Of a stretch of 64,000 nucleotides of DNA, positions 25,831 through 40,628 are shown in pieces. Position numbers and translations under genes: made by a program. Position 1 is the stretch's first letter. Each line of letters starts with the position of its first letter. The notes under the pieces are model-generated. The model made no database searches. It was not told the origin of the DNA and saw only the letters and a program-made list of their open reading frames with translations. Source of the stretch: Chlorokybus atmophyticus (taxonomy: Eukaryota > Plantae > Mesostigma and Chlorokybus algae); NCBI GenBank assembly GCA_009103225.1, contig RHPI01000810.1, forward strand, positions 1,426,154 to 1,490,153, written 5' to 3'.

Positions 25831-28800
25831 CTAAGTAGTAGTTTTGTCTCTTGAGACTCGCCTAACAATCAAGTGACCAAACTGGCAGGCTCCAGGAGAG
25901 GAGCCTTCAAATATATACGGGGTGTGCCCTGTAGCACTGCAGTATGCCTGTTGAATCTCTTGTATGGCTGCATCACTTTCCGGCCCCACTCCGCCCAATG
26001 CACAAACTGTTCCGCCACTCCCACCACCGGTAATCTTTGCCCCGAACAAAGCATTTGGCTTCCTCTGCAGGAAGCAGTGTATCAGCGACCAACAGTTGAT
26101 TGCATGTGCTTGTGCGTATATGTGTGTAGCCACGCTGCCAACACTGAACTGTGCAAATACTGTGTTTGGCAGACTCGCAATGTATGCATCTCCTGTTGCG
26201 TCCAATGTCTAGTCGAAGCAAGTTTGAGGTGCCTGGGTTTGCTTGCTAGTTTGTTGTCACACATTCTTTCTCCATCAGTGTGTACCTGCTGCATGTCTTC
26301 CACGAGTGCCACCAGCAGATCAGTGCCGGGAGACCCGAGGCCACACAGCGAGTAGCTTGCATGGGATTGATACATCAGCTCGCCTAGCACGGACAAGTCG
26401 CACTCGGGGGCTTTTAACAACTGCGCAAAGGTCTTAACACGGAAGTTCTCGTTGATCGGATGTGCCATGGGCGTGCGTACGGCGTAGTGTGTGCTGGGGT
26501 TGATGGTCGTGACGGTGTCCTCATGACTGCCATACTTGCTAATAAAATTGGAGCCCAGTATGTGATCGGGTATTGCTGGGGCATATGATAACTCCAACCG
26601 ATGAGGGGGGACCTGCAAGCGTTGTGAATACACACGCTCATGGTGATGATGTTCCGACATTATTGGACACAGCAATATCAACTGTGGTCACATGCGTCAA
26701 GGGAACAGCGCCCTAGATCGTAGGAAACTCCCAAATATATGTACACACTATACTCCGCATTAAGTTGACACAAAACAACCTAGCAATAAGTGCACACAGC
26801 AGCCCCCGCCAAGATAACCCAATGGATTACCTGCACCAAGTGCTTCATGTTGGCTTCTACATCACTAGAGGCGATGCGTGCCGACACAGCGTCGCTGGCA
26901 GTGGCAGAGGTTGCGGCTCTTTGCTCGGCGGCAAGCGTAACAATCTTGCGTCCCATGAAAGCACCGATGCGCACTGACCCGTAGTCTGCACCTCCAACAC
27001 TGTGCTTCAAACCTGCAAGGGTTCACGCAGAGGAACACTCTGTTGGTGGCATAATTGTTGCCACAATTGGTTGTAAGTAGAATCTCCTGAACTAACCAGA
27101 GTCCAAACCCCAGAAGCGCATGTGCGGTGGAACGGATATGAGTCCTTGTATCTCTGCTGGTTGGCAGAGGAGTGCCAACAGTCGGTTCGCTTGACCACAA
27201 GCACTTGCCATCTGGTCCATTACGCCACATGGTGCTCCAACAACAAGGTTCTCCACCTGATAACAAGAATGCATGAGAAGATGCACGGTCAAGCACAGTT
27301 CATTCAATCTCAAGCGTATGCTTTTGTATCGTGTGCTTGTATGGTATACTAAAAATAACCAGCAAACATGCACATGAAAGCGATATAGACCTAAGTAAGC
27401 CGACACCTTTTGACAAAGGATTGCCAGCTCCCTGGGTTCCAACTGTACGTGATGGGCCGCAGCGATTGCTGCCATGGAGGCAACCTCAACAGCAGCTGAA
27501 GACGAGACACCCTTCCCCTCGGGCACAAGAGAGTGCACAAGGATGCTCATGCCGTCATCAAAGCGTGTGCCCTTCTCTCTCATGAGCACAAGCACTGTGC
27601 AACACAACAAACACCAGTATGTTGGTACACAGTAGATGATGTTGTCTTCCAAGGCAGATTGATAGTCAGTAGGTGCAATGTTTCAATGAGTACCAGCGCC
27701 CGCAATGTATGCCGCCCAGCTGCGAGACTTGTCTTTGTGGAAGAACTCGCGTGCTGCTTCATATGAAATAGGAACCTGCTGGCCATCTGCCTGCGAATAG
27801 GGTGTGAGAGGATGACAACTTGATTCTTTTATATATGCATTCAGCACCCACCTCAGTGTATAAATCAGCCAGATCCATGTCAAAGGTCGCGGCGCGGAAG
27901 CCAGCCTCACTGTTTAAAGAGACGATGCGCAGCACCTGCAGTTGAGTCGTTAGCTGCACAGCTGGAAGATAAAAGATAAACGGGACAGTATACACTATAC
28001 AACTGCTACCTGAGTGTTGTCTAGCTTGCCACTCTGCGCCAGCCTAGCCTCTGTGTGCTTCCACAAGCGCTGCCTGCCTGCTTGTCGCTGAAGCGCCACA
28101 TGACATGCTTCCTTGATAGGCATCTATTGCCACCAACAGGTCATGTGGACGTTCAAGCCATTGTCGTAGCGCGTACTCATGGCATATAAACAAGCAGCAC
28201 CTGCAGTACAAGGCTGCCGGAATAGTCGGCAATGCCACCCATAACATCAAGCCGGCCAGGAGCACGTGTCACAATGATGTCCTCCTCGAACCTGAACAGC
28301 CCACACGCGGCACGCTCTTCGCTGGTAGCAGAATTAGAAAGCTCTGCTGGATCATCACCAATGCGCGACAGAGTTTGCAAAAAATCTTCGGTGTCTGCCA
28401 AGCCAAGCGTTGATCCGTCAACAACCTGTTAGGAAACAGGTGGCCAAGTCAGACTGGTTGCAGAGGGTGCATAGGTTGTCGTGCATTCCCATTACCAATA
28501 CTATGATGCACTATACCTGAAAGGCGCCATGCAAACCGCCAGCCTGATGCTCCAATTCTGACTGAAAACACGGGGCAATAGTGAGCATACTTCTGTGCAG
28601 TCACATTTTGAGTGCACCAAAGCATGCAACCATAAGAAGGCTGCAAAAGATTGACTGCGTACCTGGGCTGCGGCTGAGCTGTCCAATGCGGTACTTGCAG
28701 AGTCAACCTCAAAGCTCTTTCGCCGCGCGTACCAGTCTGGAACATTAAGCTCATCTGTTCGTTGCAGGAGAAAGCCGAGCACTATGGCATCGCGCAGTCT

Positions 28801-31679
28801 TTTCTTCCCCCCACCCTGGACAAGCAGCATGCCAAGTTGTCTTACTGCACTAGCAGAGCTCGTTGCTTTGCACAAGTCAAGTAGCATGCCAACCTGAGGT
28901 GCTTGGAGGCGTCCAAGGGCAACATCAATCAGCGTTTTGGCCACAACCTGCGTAGTTACTTAGTGATGTGATGTGTGTGCAGTGTTTGTCATTTTGGCAT
29001 ATGTGTGTACAGTTAAAGTCTAACTTACTTGACCGCCATCAACCGGCTCGCTATACATTGGTTTCAATTTCAGTGCACGATCGAGGTAGGGATGCCAGTT
29101 ACCAGCAAAGAAGTCTCTTCTGCTCATCTCTACAGCGCAATTATGGGTCTGCCATTTGCTGATAATCAGTACATACAAACCTCTCTGTATAGCCATAAAG
29201 ACTTGCTCGTGCTAACGTACCTCTAACAATTTTCTCAAGAATGGCTCCTCATTGAAAAAATCCCGTCGCACATACACCAATGGTGTCGAGTGCGCAAGTG
29301 CCTCGCTGGTTGTTCCATAGCCGATCTTGCCTGACAAGCACAGCACAAAATCTGTCATTCACTTGACCTAAGAGTGCGTACTTTACGAGAAATAAGAAGG
29401 CAGTAGTCAACCTAGAATGGCATCAGACGCTGCCACGAGATCCACCATGTACTCGTCGGCAGCTGGTCGCATGAAGTTAGGTGGCAGCTTTCCAATAGCG
29501 CCAACAACACAAACCTGAACATGGCATTGTCAGTGTCAAAAATATATTTGATTTTCAAATTAAGTAGTGCAATGCGTGCACATATAGCACTAAGGTGGTA
29601 CCATGCAAACCCAGCCGGGTGGAAGAAACTTCTCTTGCAGAACCCAGTCAGAATCCTATGGCACACGCATACACCCGCACACACACATGGCAGCTGGTGA
29701 GTGCTTGTCAATGCACAGGAGGAATTGCCCCAGCAACAACAATGAAATATGAAACATCTACACAGCGTGCAGCTTAAGCGGATTGTGCACCTGCCCGCCA
29801 AAGTGGAGAAGCAACAACTTCTGATTGAGTGCAACCCCAAGTGCCGCTCGCACCTGCAGAGGCAGTTGGCTGTCGTGGTGAACAGGACGGAGCGCATCAC
29901 AAAGCTGGTACGCTATGCTTCGTTAAGCTTCGCATAGCGAAGCATAGCAGTAGCCTCACGCGCTTCAATGGTAAGTTTAATGGTAAGTACGCAAGGCTAC
30001 CTCCTCTCTCGTACGACGTGCGTGGCGGACAACAAGTGGCATATCGATAATGTCTCTGAATGCCGGCACTGCAACACAATGCATCAAAGCGATAGCAAGA
30101 TCACTTCCAATACTCGGTTTCGTGCAGACGAGGAGTGGGTGGCCTATCAGTAGTGAAACACTGCTTACTGGGGCAGAAGCCCGGCAGCCGGAGCAGCAGT
30201 GTTGCTCGTGAGTAGTCTTCAGCGATCTATGATTAGCATGTGAGAGACACGCTTATTGTAGCTCAAGCGGCATGGCTGATTATCAGCCACCAAACCCTAC
30301 CTGGAAAACAATAGACCTGTGCTGGTGGCCTTCAGTGGATACATATTCTGCATAAATGAAGTCCCAGCTGCATGCGTCACTCAACCACAGTTAGCAGAGA
30401 AGAATGTTGACTGCTACACGGCGGTGGTTAAGCTACCAACCTGAAGTTGGTGACACAAACTGCCGGGATGCCAATGTTTGTAGCCGCTGTGCAGACCATA
30501 GGCACTATGTCACTAACCTGCATTGGACACCCGCTCTCAGCTGTTGCCTGTGTTGGGCTGCAACATGTTTGTGAGGTGATTGGAACCTGCATGTCATACC
30601 ACAACTTGTGCGTTGATGCTCTTCAACCACGCCTCTTCTGTCGCGAGACTCTCAGCACGCGGCAGTACAGCCGTTTCGACATACTACGCAAACACTGGTT
30701 GTGAGAAGAAGCATCATGATGCCTATTGCCTCGGCTGTTGGTTGTGAGCAACACAGTGTTTGCTTGACTTCGGCAAAGTCAGGTGTGTTATGCATGGGTG
30801 CGACTTGGACATGAATTAAACGGCTCATATGTACAACCACCAGTGGAGTCATCTTGACACACACCTTGGACAGTGACTTGCGCCGGTCAACGGTGAGCGC
30901 ATCCTGCTGCACAGCTCCGCAGTCTAGAACAGCCTGCAGTGCAACACAAACTGGTTGTGCTTCTATTTGTTAACTTGACTGCTTGTTTCCCGCCTCAGCG
31001 CACAGCTGCTGCCTGTCCCTGTGCCTCTTTGTGCCAGTGTTGTCTCCCTATGTTGGTCCATGATAGATTGTTATGCATATCAGACTGTCATACAAACCAA
31101 CTGGGTCCACTCACCTTACGAATGTGCAACCGCTCGGACTGTATTTCTCTCGTGAACACATTCTCAGGTGCTCCAGTCACGACATGCACAGTGCAACCTG
31201 CCGCGATGAGATGCCGACAGACCTGCAGCGATCAACAGCAATTGGTGAAGCGACAGTGCTGAATCCGGCCCATTGCCCTAACAAGCCCGTCTGCTTAATT
31301 TCACAATGGTCAAGATGTGTAGCTTATGCCAGCTGGCATTGCAGCGCACCCAACAGGTCGGTGGTGTTGACAAGTGACGTGCATGCACGGCACCGGTGCA
31401 GCATGGATGCGACGACTGTCACTTGTGCTGTTGGCTGGCAACAAGCTCCAATCACACTGTGATTGTGCTCAAATCAGCCTATCACACTTTGACATGATGG
31501 CAGACTTTCCACTACAACAAGCAACGCCGGAGCAATGCCATGCAACCGCTGCTGAGGCACACCTCAACGACCCTGGTGGCATGGCCAAGGCCGTGTCCAG
31601 TGACGTAGTAGGCAAGCACTGGAGCAGCAGACCCATCCTTCTGCTGCAACACCACTTGCTCGCCGCCCACGGCGGCCAT
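25831..31679 (-). CDS. ARA1: L-arabinokinase (N-terminal glycosyltransferase-like domain fused to a GHMP kinase), multi-exon
   Basis: [113 protein letters not shown] and FEGSSPGA all match plant arabinokinase. Confidence 0.96.
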
Positions 31680-31992
31680 ACCGGCAGCGTCCTCACCGCT
31701 TGCCTGCAGACATGTCTTCAAGCACATGCTCAACACTGTACACCAAAACCGTCCGATGAACAGGTCACTTGATATCTAACGGCTGAAGCTGCTTTTGGGC
31801 CAACCGAGGACTAAAATCTCCTCTTGACGGACAATCCAACCATAGTCTGGTTACATTACTTGGCTCGAACTGCGCACTTAAGCATTGAGCTCGGTTGAAG
31901 TCTGCACACGCAACCTGCCAAGCCGGTTAAGGCGACAGCAGTTCAATAAGTTTGCTGCAGCCGCCTCAGTCTGGTCTTTTTGGCGGAGGAAT

Positions 31993-32000
31993 TAGGGTTT
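31993..32000 (-). promoter_or_regulatory. telo-box (AAACCCTA) upstream of RPS18
   Basis: TAGGGTTT ~100 bp before the RPS18 ATG. Telo-boxes are established elements of plant translation-machinery promoters. Confidence 0.55.
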
Positions 32001-32101
32001 GGTCGCCGCCGCCGCCGCCGCCGCTTCCGGGGCGAGGGAGGGCTCCGGAGGGGAGCTTCTTGTCGTTGACGTTGTCGTTGTCGTTGTCCGTGTCTTTCAA
32101 G

Positions 32102-32996
<895 letters not shown>

Positions 32997-33864
32997 GCTT
33001 TGCAGACTGGTAAGCGTCTCCTAACAGGCAGATAGCAGTGTGTTGTAACTCCGTTGTACTGCATGCAACAAGCCACTTGTGTGGGCAACATGTTCTGTGA
33101 GGTTGGTGTGTGGTGGAGGCTTAACCAATGTCACCACAAGTTGCTTGTTGCTGTGTGTTGGATATGTGTTGTTGTATCTTCATGTCTGGTTGATGTTCAT
33201 TGAGCGGTGCTTTTAGGCGGCGGTACCTTCAAGGAGATTGGCTGGCTGCATCATCGGTGTTTGGCGTCGAGCTTGTACTGGCGTTGCTGATCTGGACTCT
33301 AACTGGGTTAATCTGAAAACAAGATGTTCTTTTGCGCGCAATGTTGTTTAACTCTACATGTGCCTGTCACACTTCTGCATTGCCTCAAGTGTGTATTCAC
33401 TTGGGTTTGCATGGGTTCTGCGCTACGTCAAGCCGTATACATGCCATGGCGTCACTCCACGCTTGGTTATGAGATTCTGGCACCCACATTACTGCCAGCA
33501 CCTGTGTGTTGCGATTGTTGAGGGCAGACTGGCAATGCCGTTGTTGGAAAACGGGTACTTGTCACAACACTGCGATCAGGTTTGCAACTCAATGCAGCAC
33601 ATTGGACATCAAGCTAGTATGAGTGCCTGCAAGGTATCACACCTAGCAATATGTGAAGCCTGCAAAGCCAACAACACACCACGCGAACGGCCCTGTGGGC
33701 AGGTATTATAATTGTGGTCAATGAATGGCTGAGTGCTTTGCGGTCACGCATAGAGTATGAGTCGTATTGCACAACGGGGGAGTTTGCTGGTCGTTGTGGT
33801 CATCAACGTGGTCCTACTCAAGACTGACTCTACTGGCGATGTGGCAGGCAATGCATGCTTGCAA

Positions 33865-34373
33865 ACTGACAGGGTTGGGCAGTAGAGTAGTGAAGTAAGT
33901 AGTAGGTAGTGTGCATCTAGCCCGGTGGTATAGAGGTGAGTGTGGTTGTGGTTAAGTGTCTATGCATGTGTCGTGCATGTTGCATACATCACGTGCATAT
34001 TCTGTACACGTGCATATTCTGTACATGCATGTTAGGTTAGAGCTGAGGTAGAAGGAGCACATAGCCTGGCGGTGACAAAAATGGTGTTGGTGGTTGCTTG
34101 CTGTGGTTGTGGACAATGATGGTAAATTGCATGCATGTCATGTGCAAGCATGAGACAATAAACTGCCTATGCAACGCCATGCTAGCATGCGTAGCTGCCT
34201 ACCCAATACACTATCCAGCACTTTTATCCACCACCGGGCTGTCAACCTATTACCTACCTACCTTCACTACTAGCCAACCCCGTTGGACAACTTCTATCCA
34301 GCACTTTTATCCACCACCGGGCTGTCAACCTATTACCTACCTACCTTCACTACTAGCCAACCCCGTTGGACAA
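33865..34373. mobile_element. Putative non-autonomous (MITE-like) element with diverged ~60-bp inverted cores; the right core is tandemly duplicated
   Basis: Core 33865-33929 (+) faces its reverse complement at 34230-34284 and 34313-34367. Same family as 6731 and 8161. No coding capacity; no target-site duplication identified. Confidence 0.45.
34211..34373. repeat. 83-bp tandem duplication (2 copies)
   Basis: CTATCCAGCACTTTTATCCACCACCGGGCT...CCCCGTTGGACAA repeats exactly at 34211 and 34294. Confidence 0.95.
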
Positions 34374-34946
34374 GTCTTTACACGTGTTGTTCGTGCTGGC
34401 TGCTGTTACTCCATACGGTGCTGGGTCGTAGCCTGAACATGTGCCCTTCTGCTCAGGTTGGCAGCTGAGATCTGCATCATCCCCTGCTCCTGCTCTTGCT
34501 CTTGCTTACCCGCCCTGCATGCACATAGCAGCATACGCGTAGTGTACCTAGCCTTTGCCCCCGTTGGTAATTAATTGTATGCCTTGCTGCTTACTGGTGT
34601 GCTACTGTGCGTGTGCGTGTGCCGTGCATGCTTGTATTGTTGGAATGCCTATGTTGGCATCATTCATTTAGTTGGCAGCTACACTCTCATTCTGGTTACT
34701 CGCAGTTGAGTAACCAGTGGGCCAACCACCTTTGATTTTGCACTTGGCCCATGGATATTGCATTCGAAATGGAGTCAATGAATTGTGCAGTGCAGTTGGC
34801 TAGCCTCTCATTGCCAACAGTTCAGCGACTTGCAATCTGTTGTGTGCAATAGGAAAAGAAGCAAACAAGTGCATAACAGGTGCCAATGTGGCATGTACCT
34901 GCAGCTAGCAACAGCAACTGCCTTATCAGTGGCGTAGCCTACTGTC

Positions 34947-37528
34947 CTAAGCGCCAATATCAATAATGTCCACCGAAGGTGCGGGAGCTTCAGCAGAGTT
35001 AAAGTACTTGCTCCAGAAAATGGAGAAGGTAAGAGCGAGGAGGATGAGCCAGACAACAACAATGGTGGGGGGTTTGCGGCGTCGTCCGAACAGGCCCTTG
35101 AGGAATGGCCAGTAGTGGACCAGAACCCAGAGACTGAAGATTACTTTGCTGAGCAATTGTGCGTAGTTCACAAGGCCAGTAACCTGATTGACCTCCCGGG
35201 CCACGCCCGCAATCAACGCCAGCGCGTTGGCGAAGCAAATCAGCAGTGGCACGAACAGCAGCCATGACCATCGCACTTGGTAGAACTCATTCTCATCGTC
35301 ATCAGACTTCTGTGTGATTGAGAACGCCACCTGCAAACAAAGATGGACATTTGCATCTTCAACACATGCCACATATACATCATTGGTACTGTCCAGGCTA
35401 CAAAGTACACACCTGCAGCCCGAATATGTTCTTCAAGAGTCCCTGCCAGACAGCAGCAAAGTGCGCGGATGTGCCGGAGATGACCCAAAACTGCTCGTTG
35501 CGCCAAAAGTCGTCCAGAGTAATGCCAGACCACTGCGAATAACAGGGTCACCAATGGCTCATGCAAGTGAGACAAACCCATGCTCGAGTGCTGCCCAACC
35601 CACACACCTGGACTTCAAGGTAAGACGTGCCGATGATACCGAGGAACAGCGCACCGTAGTAGAGCACAGCCACGCCATTGATTTGCGCTACGATGAACTG
35701 GTTGGCGAGCAGACAGACAGCTGGGAGAAAACCGTCAAGAGTGAGCACAGGGAAAGCAACATGTGCTGTGGTTGTTGACATGTGTCAACTCACTTACCTG
35801 GTAGGCTGCAGTACACCACAAGGATGCAGGAAGTGAAGGGATATACCATGGTGGCCATGTAAGCCGTGCGCTGCACGCCCTTCAGCCCCGAGCCCCACGC
35901 AGCCCAGAACGGGTTGTTGCCCGAGAAGAAGATCTCAATGGACCCTGTTGCCCACCTCAACACCTGAGCAGCATATACTGATTAAGTTGTGCACATTGTC
36001 TCTTCGACATCTCACCCTCAAGTGGAGCACTCTTTTACCTGTTGGAGTCTGTCCGTGAGGTTGATGGGCGCAGTGCCCTTAAAGGCAGGTATCTGAGGGG
36101 TGTGATACACGCTTCGCCAACCGAGGCAATGAAGCTGATAACCAGTGACAATGTCCTCTGTCACCGTGCCATAAACCCAACCCACACCTGCGCCCCATTC
36201 CGACATGGTGTCGTACTCGCACGACACCGACAACACAACCTGTGCACAAGAGCACATGTGTTAGCTAGTTTCACGCAGCCAAGAACATAGTCCGCTACAA
36301 AGCTGGATGTGCGAAACACTGCATCCAACCAACCATGCCTGCAAGCATGCTGCATGTTGATATGTGTAAGCACTCCACGTACCTCGCTGAGGAGCTCCCG
36401 AGGCGGCAACTCGCATAGTTTGGCTGTCAAGGTTGTCTCTGCGAATGCGCGTGAGGGTCCCAAGCTCTCTGCCAGAGGGTGCATCATACGTGCCTGCAGC
36501 TTTGGGTCCTGAAAGTAACACACACGTGTCAATAATACAGACTGATGTTGTAGTGTATGACAAGCTTGACATGCAAAATGGGCTTACAGGGTCAACTTTG
36601 GCGGTTTTGTTACGTTTCCCGCAGCAGCAGCAACAGCAGCAAAGAAGGTTGCCAAGGCAGCCTCTGTTGCCTGAGCCATGCTTGTTGCTCTTCTTCTTCT
36701 TGTGCTTGAGCTTGCCCTTGGAGCCCTGCAGCAACGCCTCCTTGGCACCTGGTGGAGGCCTTCCGTACAACGCCTGGCGCCTACAGGGAATAGTGGTTCA
36801 GGACGATGTTGTTACATTGCATGTGTCTGCTTGTGCGTGCGCATGCATTCATGTGTGCACGCATGCACGTGTCGGTGTCTATTCTTCCGTTTGCAAAGAT
36901 ATTGTAAACAAGATGAGTACCTGAAGAAACAGCCTGTGCCAACGTATAGGGGACCCTGGGAGCCGTCCATGCCTCTCATGTTGGCGTCAAAGAACACCAC
37001 ATTGTTGTTGGCGTATCTGTCACCAAGCCCGTGTTAAGGAGCGTGTGCACGCAAAGCGCTTGCTCAGCTAACATGTACCAACATGCGTATGCACCCACTC
37101 ACCTGTCATGCGCATCGATGCCATCAAAGCGCTGCGGGAACTGCACGTATCCCGTGTTGGCGCCTTTGATGGGGTCGAGGAAGAAGCAGAGAGCCTCCTT
37201 AACAACGTTGGAGTTGTTGATGTAGTGGTCACAGTCGACGTTGAACATGAACTCGCCGTTGGTCAGAAGTGCGCTCGCACGCACCAGCGCGTTCATCGCA
37301 CCCGCCTTCTTGTGGTGCTCTGCACCCGGACGCTTCTCACGTGACACGTACACCAGCCCCGGCACCGCACCCACACTTCGGTCACGCAGAGGTAAGAACA
37401 CCTGCCGACCACCAGCCCATGTTTGCATGTGATATGAACAAGAGGTTTTGCAGCAGAGTAGCTTAGGCGTGCGCTAGCCCTTTAGTGCTACGCTTTGATG
37501 AGGTATTCTTGCCAAGTGCTGAGCCTGT

Positions 37529-37576
<48 letters not shown>

Positions 37577-38642
37577 GTGCCCATAATCACATGCACAATT
37601 GCAAGCACACACCAGCACGCAGGGCAGTAGCCAACCTGTATGATGCCGTCATGGTCGCTGCGTTTCTGTCCTGGCCACGGGCTGCCATCCGGCATTGCCC
37701 AGCCGCCCTCGGGGGGTCCAGCACGAGCTTCGCGCACAAGTGCGCCCACACGCCCACAGAACTCGTCATACGCGCGCTTCATCCTCATCCTCTGCCTCAC
37801 GAAGTCGGGACTGCCGTAGCCGCCACTAAACACAAAAGCGGCTCAGCAATTGAAGCTAGTCAGCAAGTGCACACGTACACGCACGCACGCGCACACGCAC
37901 ATGCATGTGTACAAGCATGCACACTTGTACGCCATCCTGCGTGTTGGATACCATGCACGCGTGCACGCTACCAGTGTTCCATGCACGCAATGCTAGCTGG
38001 CAGTTGCAAGGTGATTGGGACCACATTATGTCATTCTTCAAACACGCACTGTATTTCGCTTACGTGTAGTCCATGGGTTTGGAGAAGTACTGTGCCGGTG
38101 CGCGTGGTTCAATCTTGGCCTCGCGTGCAAATGGCACCCACACGCGCGCAAAGCACGCTGTTTCCGCCATGGTGTCGAACATGAGTTTGGATGCGCCGTC
38201 ATCAGACAAATAGACGGCGAGCTTGTGTTGCGGGTAGTCGAGTGCGAGGATGGATAGGATGGTGTTGGCTGTGACGAGGGGTGGCTCGCGCGTGGCGTCT
38301 GCCGTCGTGATGTACGCGTCCACAGCGGGGAGAAGCAACTCGCCGCGCGTGTTGCTCACGGCGTACTTGGCCTCAAGGCGGTCAACATGAACGTGACGCT
38401 GAACAGGAGCCCACTTGGGAGTCTGGTCAAGAATCCATGACAGGAAGAACCACACCTGCATGCCACCACAGAACCATCAGCAGCAACGTGATACAGTTCA
38501 GTCCAAGCAAGTGCCAACTGCTGCACTGAGCTGGGTGAATCAGGCTCGACATGTAGCATCCATGCGCATGACATGGTGTAGATTGCTAATGCACATAGGT
38601 ATGGAACATGAAGGAGAATGCAGCATAATTGGTCGGTTAATC

Positions 38643-38684
<42 letters not shown>

Positions 38685-40628
38685 CTGTGGTCAACATGCG
38701 AGCACTGTTTGGTTGTGCCTCGCGTGTTGATGTTGGTGGTGGCATGTATGTGCGTACCTCACAGATGACGGACATGAGCCACAGGTATCTGGCGTCCGTA
38801 TTGGGTGTGCGCAATCGGTACGATATGAATGCGGCAGTGGCAAAAAAGCGGAACACCACCATGAAGCGATACGGGTACACGTGGCCAGGGCTGAGGGGGA
38901 CCTTGCGTGCGAGTCCAAGCTTGAGATGCTTGTAACCCTTCACTCCACCTTCGCCACCTTCTACGCCATCTCCAACATTGTCACCATCGGCATCCTCCCG
39001 CTTTGTCCATAGCACGTTGCCGAACCCGTATGATGACGGCTCCGACATCAAGTCCGTGACCGCGTTGCCACCAACCTTGACCAACGCGTGGGGAGCCTCT
39101 TGCGGCTCCTCGTTGTACAATGTTGGCAACGGGTATGGCGGGGGAGGCGGCTCAACCTGCACAACGAGTGTTGAGCTTCATACACATGGGCGCACATTCA
39201 AACACAAGCGCGTACACACGCACACCATGCTGTGTGTTGTTGGGTGGGGATGTATGACACACATGCCCACCCGATACTCACGCGCATACAAGGTTGTGTG
39301 ATGTTGGGTGGGTATGTGCGTACGTGTGTTCTGGTGTCTTGGAGGTAGGTGAGGGTGGGGTCGTTGGAATTGGAGTAGTGGTAGATCTCATCGGAGTACG
39401 TGTCGTCCTCCATGGCCTCGGCGTACGGGTTGTTCTCCAGGTACGTGTCTGGCCTGCGCGCGCCCCCGCCCACTTCGTATGGCTTCCCGCACGATGGACA
39501 CGCCCTCGACCCCTCCGTCATCACCCGATCAAAACACTCCTGTTGTTAGTGAGTGAGAGAGTGAGAGTGTGTGTGCGCACGTGCGCGCGCGTGCGTATGC
39601 GTGTTTGTATCTGCGCGTGTGTTGTGTAAACATGGCAAGGAACCACCTATGAACCACTGTGTACCTTGCATATCCTGAATGCGCACTGGCAGGGCTCGAA
39701 GTCTTGTGCATCTCTTGGGTTGATAGGATCTGCAGGGCAAAATTTGGATAATGATGTCAAGCACTTCTTGACCGTGTCTGAATGGTTCAAGCCACGCACA
39801 TTCTAATGCGCTCACCTGCGCAGACCATGCAGATAGGGAGGCCATGGTCCTGGATGTACTTAGGATTGCTGTTGTTGATGTTGTTATGGCTATTGTTGCT
39901 GATGATGAGGCTGCTGGTGTTGTTGGGCAGGCTGCTGACGCTGGCGCTCGTGCTGTCCACCAGCGCAGCCAGCACGTTCTGGCAACAATAATAACAACAT
40001 AATGGTGAGTTTTTGTTTGATGCTGTGGTGGATGCAATTATACTTCAGCGCTTACATTTGGAGTGCGAGGAGGAGGAACGCTTACAATGCTGCGGGCGCT
40101 GTTAGTGCCACCATACTCCGATTGCAGATCATCCTACAGCAAGAAGTAATATGTAACGAGGATGTTGTGTGGTACTGTGTGATTCCCCCATCCACATGAC
40201 ACAGTTGAAAGCTTAAAACTGCTTCACCATTGCTGCTGGTACTGCTTGATGCGCGCACACACGAACGCACACGCACACGCACAGTGTGGGAGCTTCATTT
40301 AGGTTAGGATGACGACGATAGCCAAACTTAGGCGACAACTCTTGCTGACAGGATCTCAACAGTGCATCTCAACTCATGCTTGCCAATGAAGCAAGCACAG
40401 CCAGCTTACTTGCAGGTACGGGATGGTAGGCTTCGCCACAACAGCGTGGCCAGGGAACCCTGCAGCCCCTGCTGCTGCCGCCGCCGCTGCTTTGGGCGTC
40501 CTCCCAGTGTGCACCCGCGGCGGCGTCCTGGGCGTCCTGGGCGTCTTGGGCGGTAGGGGCGGCAGGGGCGCCACCGCCAGCGCCGCTGCCCTGGGAGTCG
40601 AGGAGGAGGAGGCGGGGCCGCCCTCCAT
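34947..40628 (-). CDS. Cellulose synthase superfamily GT2, CesA/CslD-like, multi-exon
   Basis: RING finger [20 protein letters not shown]; [17 protein letters not shown]; SDDG; [21 protein letters not shown]; DCD; [14 protein letters not shown]; YVGTGCFFR; TED; QVLRW. Transmembrane-rich C-terminus. Confidence 0.95.
37530..37574. repeat. (AC)n microsatellite in a CesA/CslD-like intron
   Basis: Pure AC run. Confidence 0.95.
38646..38675. repeat. (TA)n microsatellite in a CesA/CslD-like intron
   Basis: Pure TA run. Confidence 0.95.

Noticed and set aside
34211-34373. Exact repeats as a possible CRISPR array
   Set aside because: Two adjacent 83-bp copies with no spacers, no cas genes, and a eukaryotic context.
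35314-38257. + strand ORFs of 100-230 aa over the synthase gene
   Set aside because: Antisense shadows of GC-rich coding exons and microsatellite introns.
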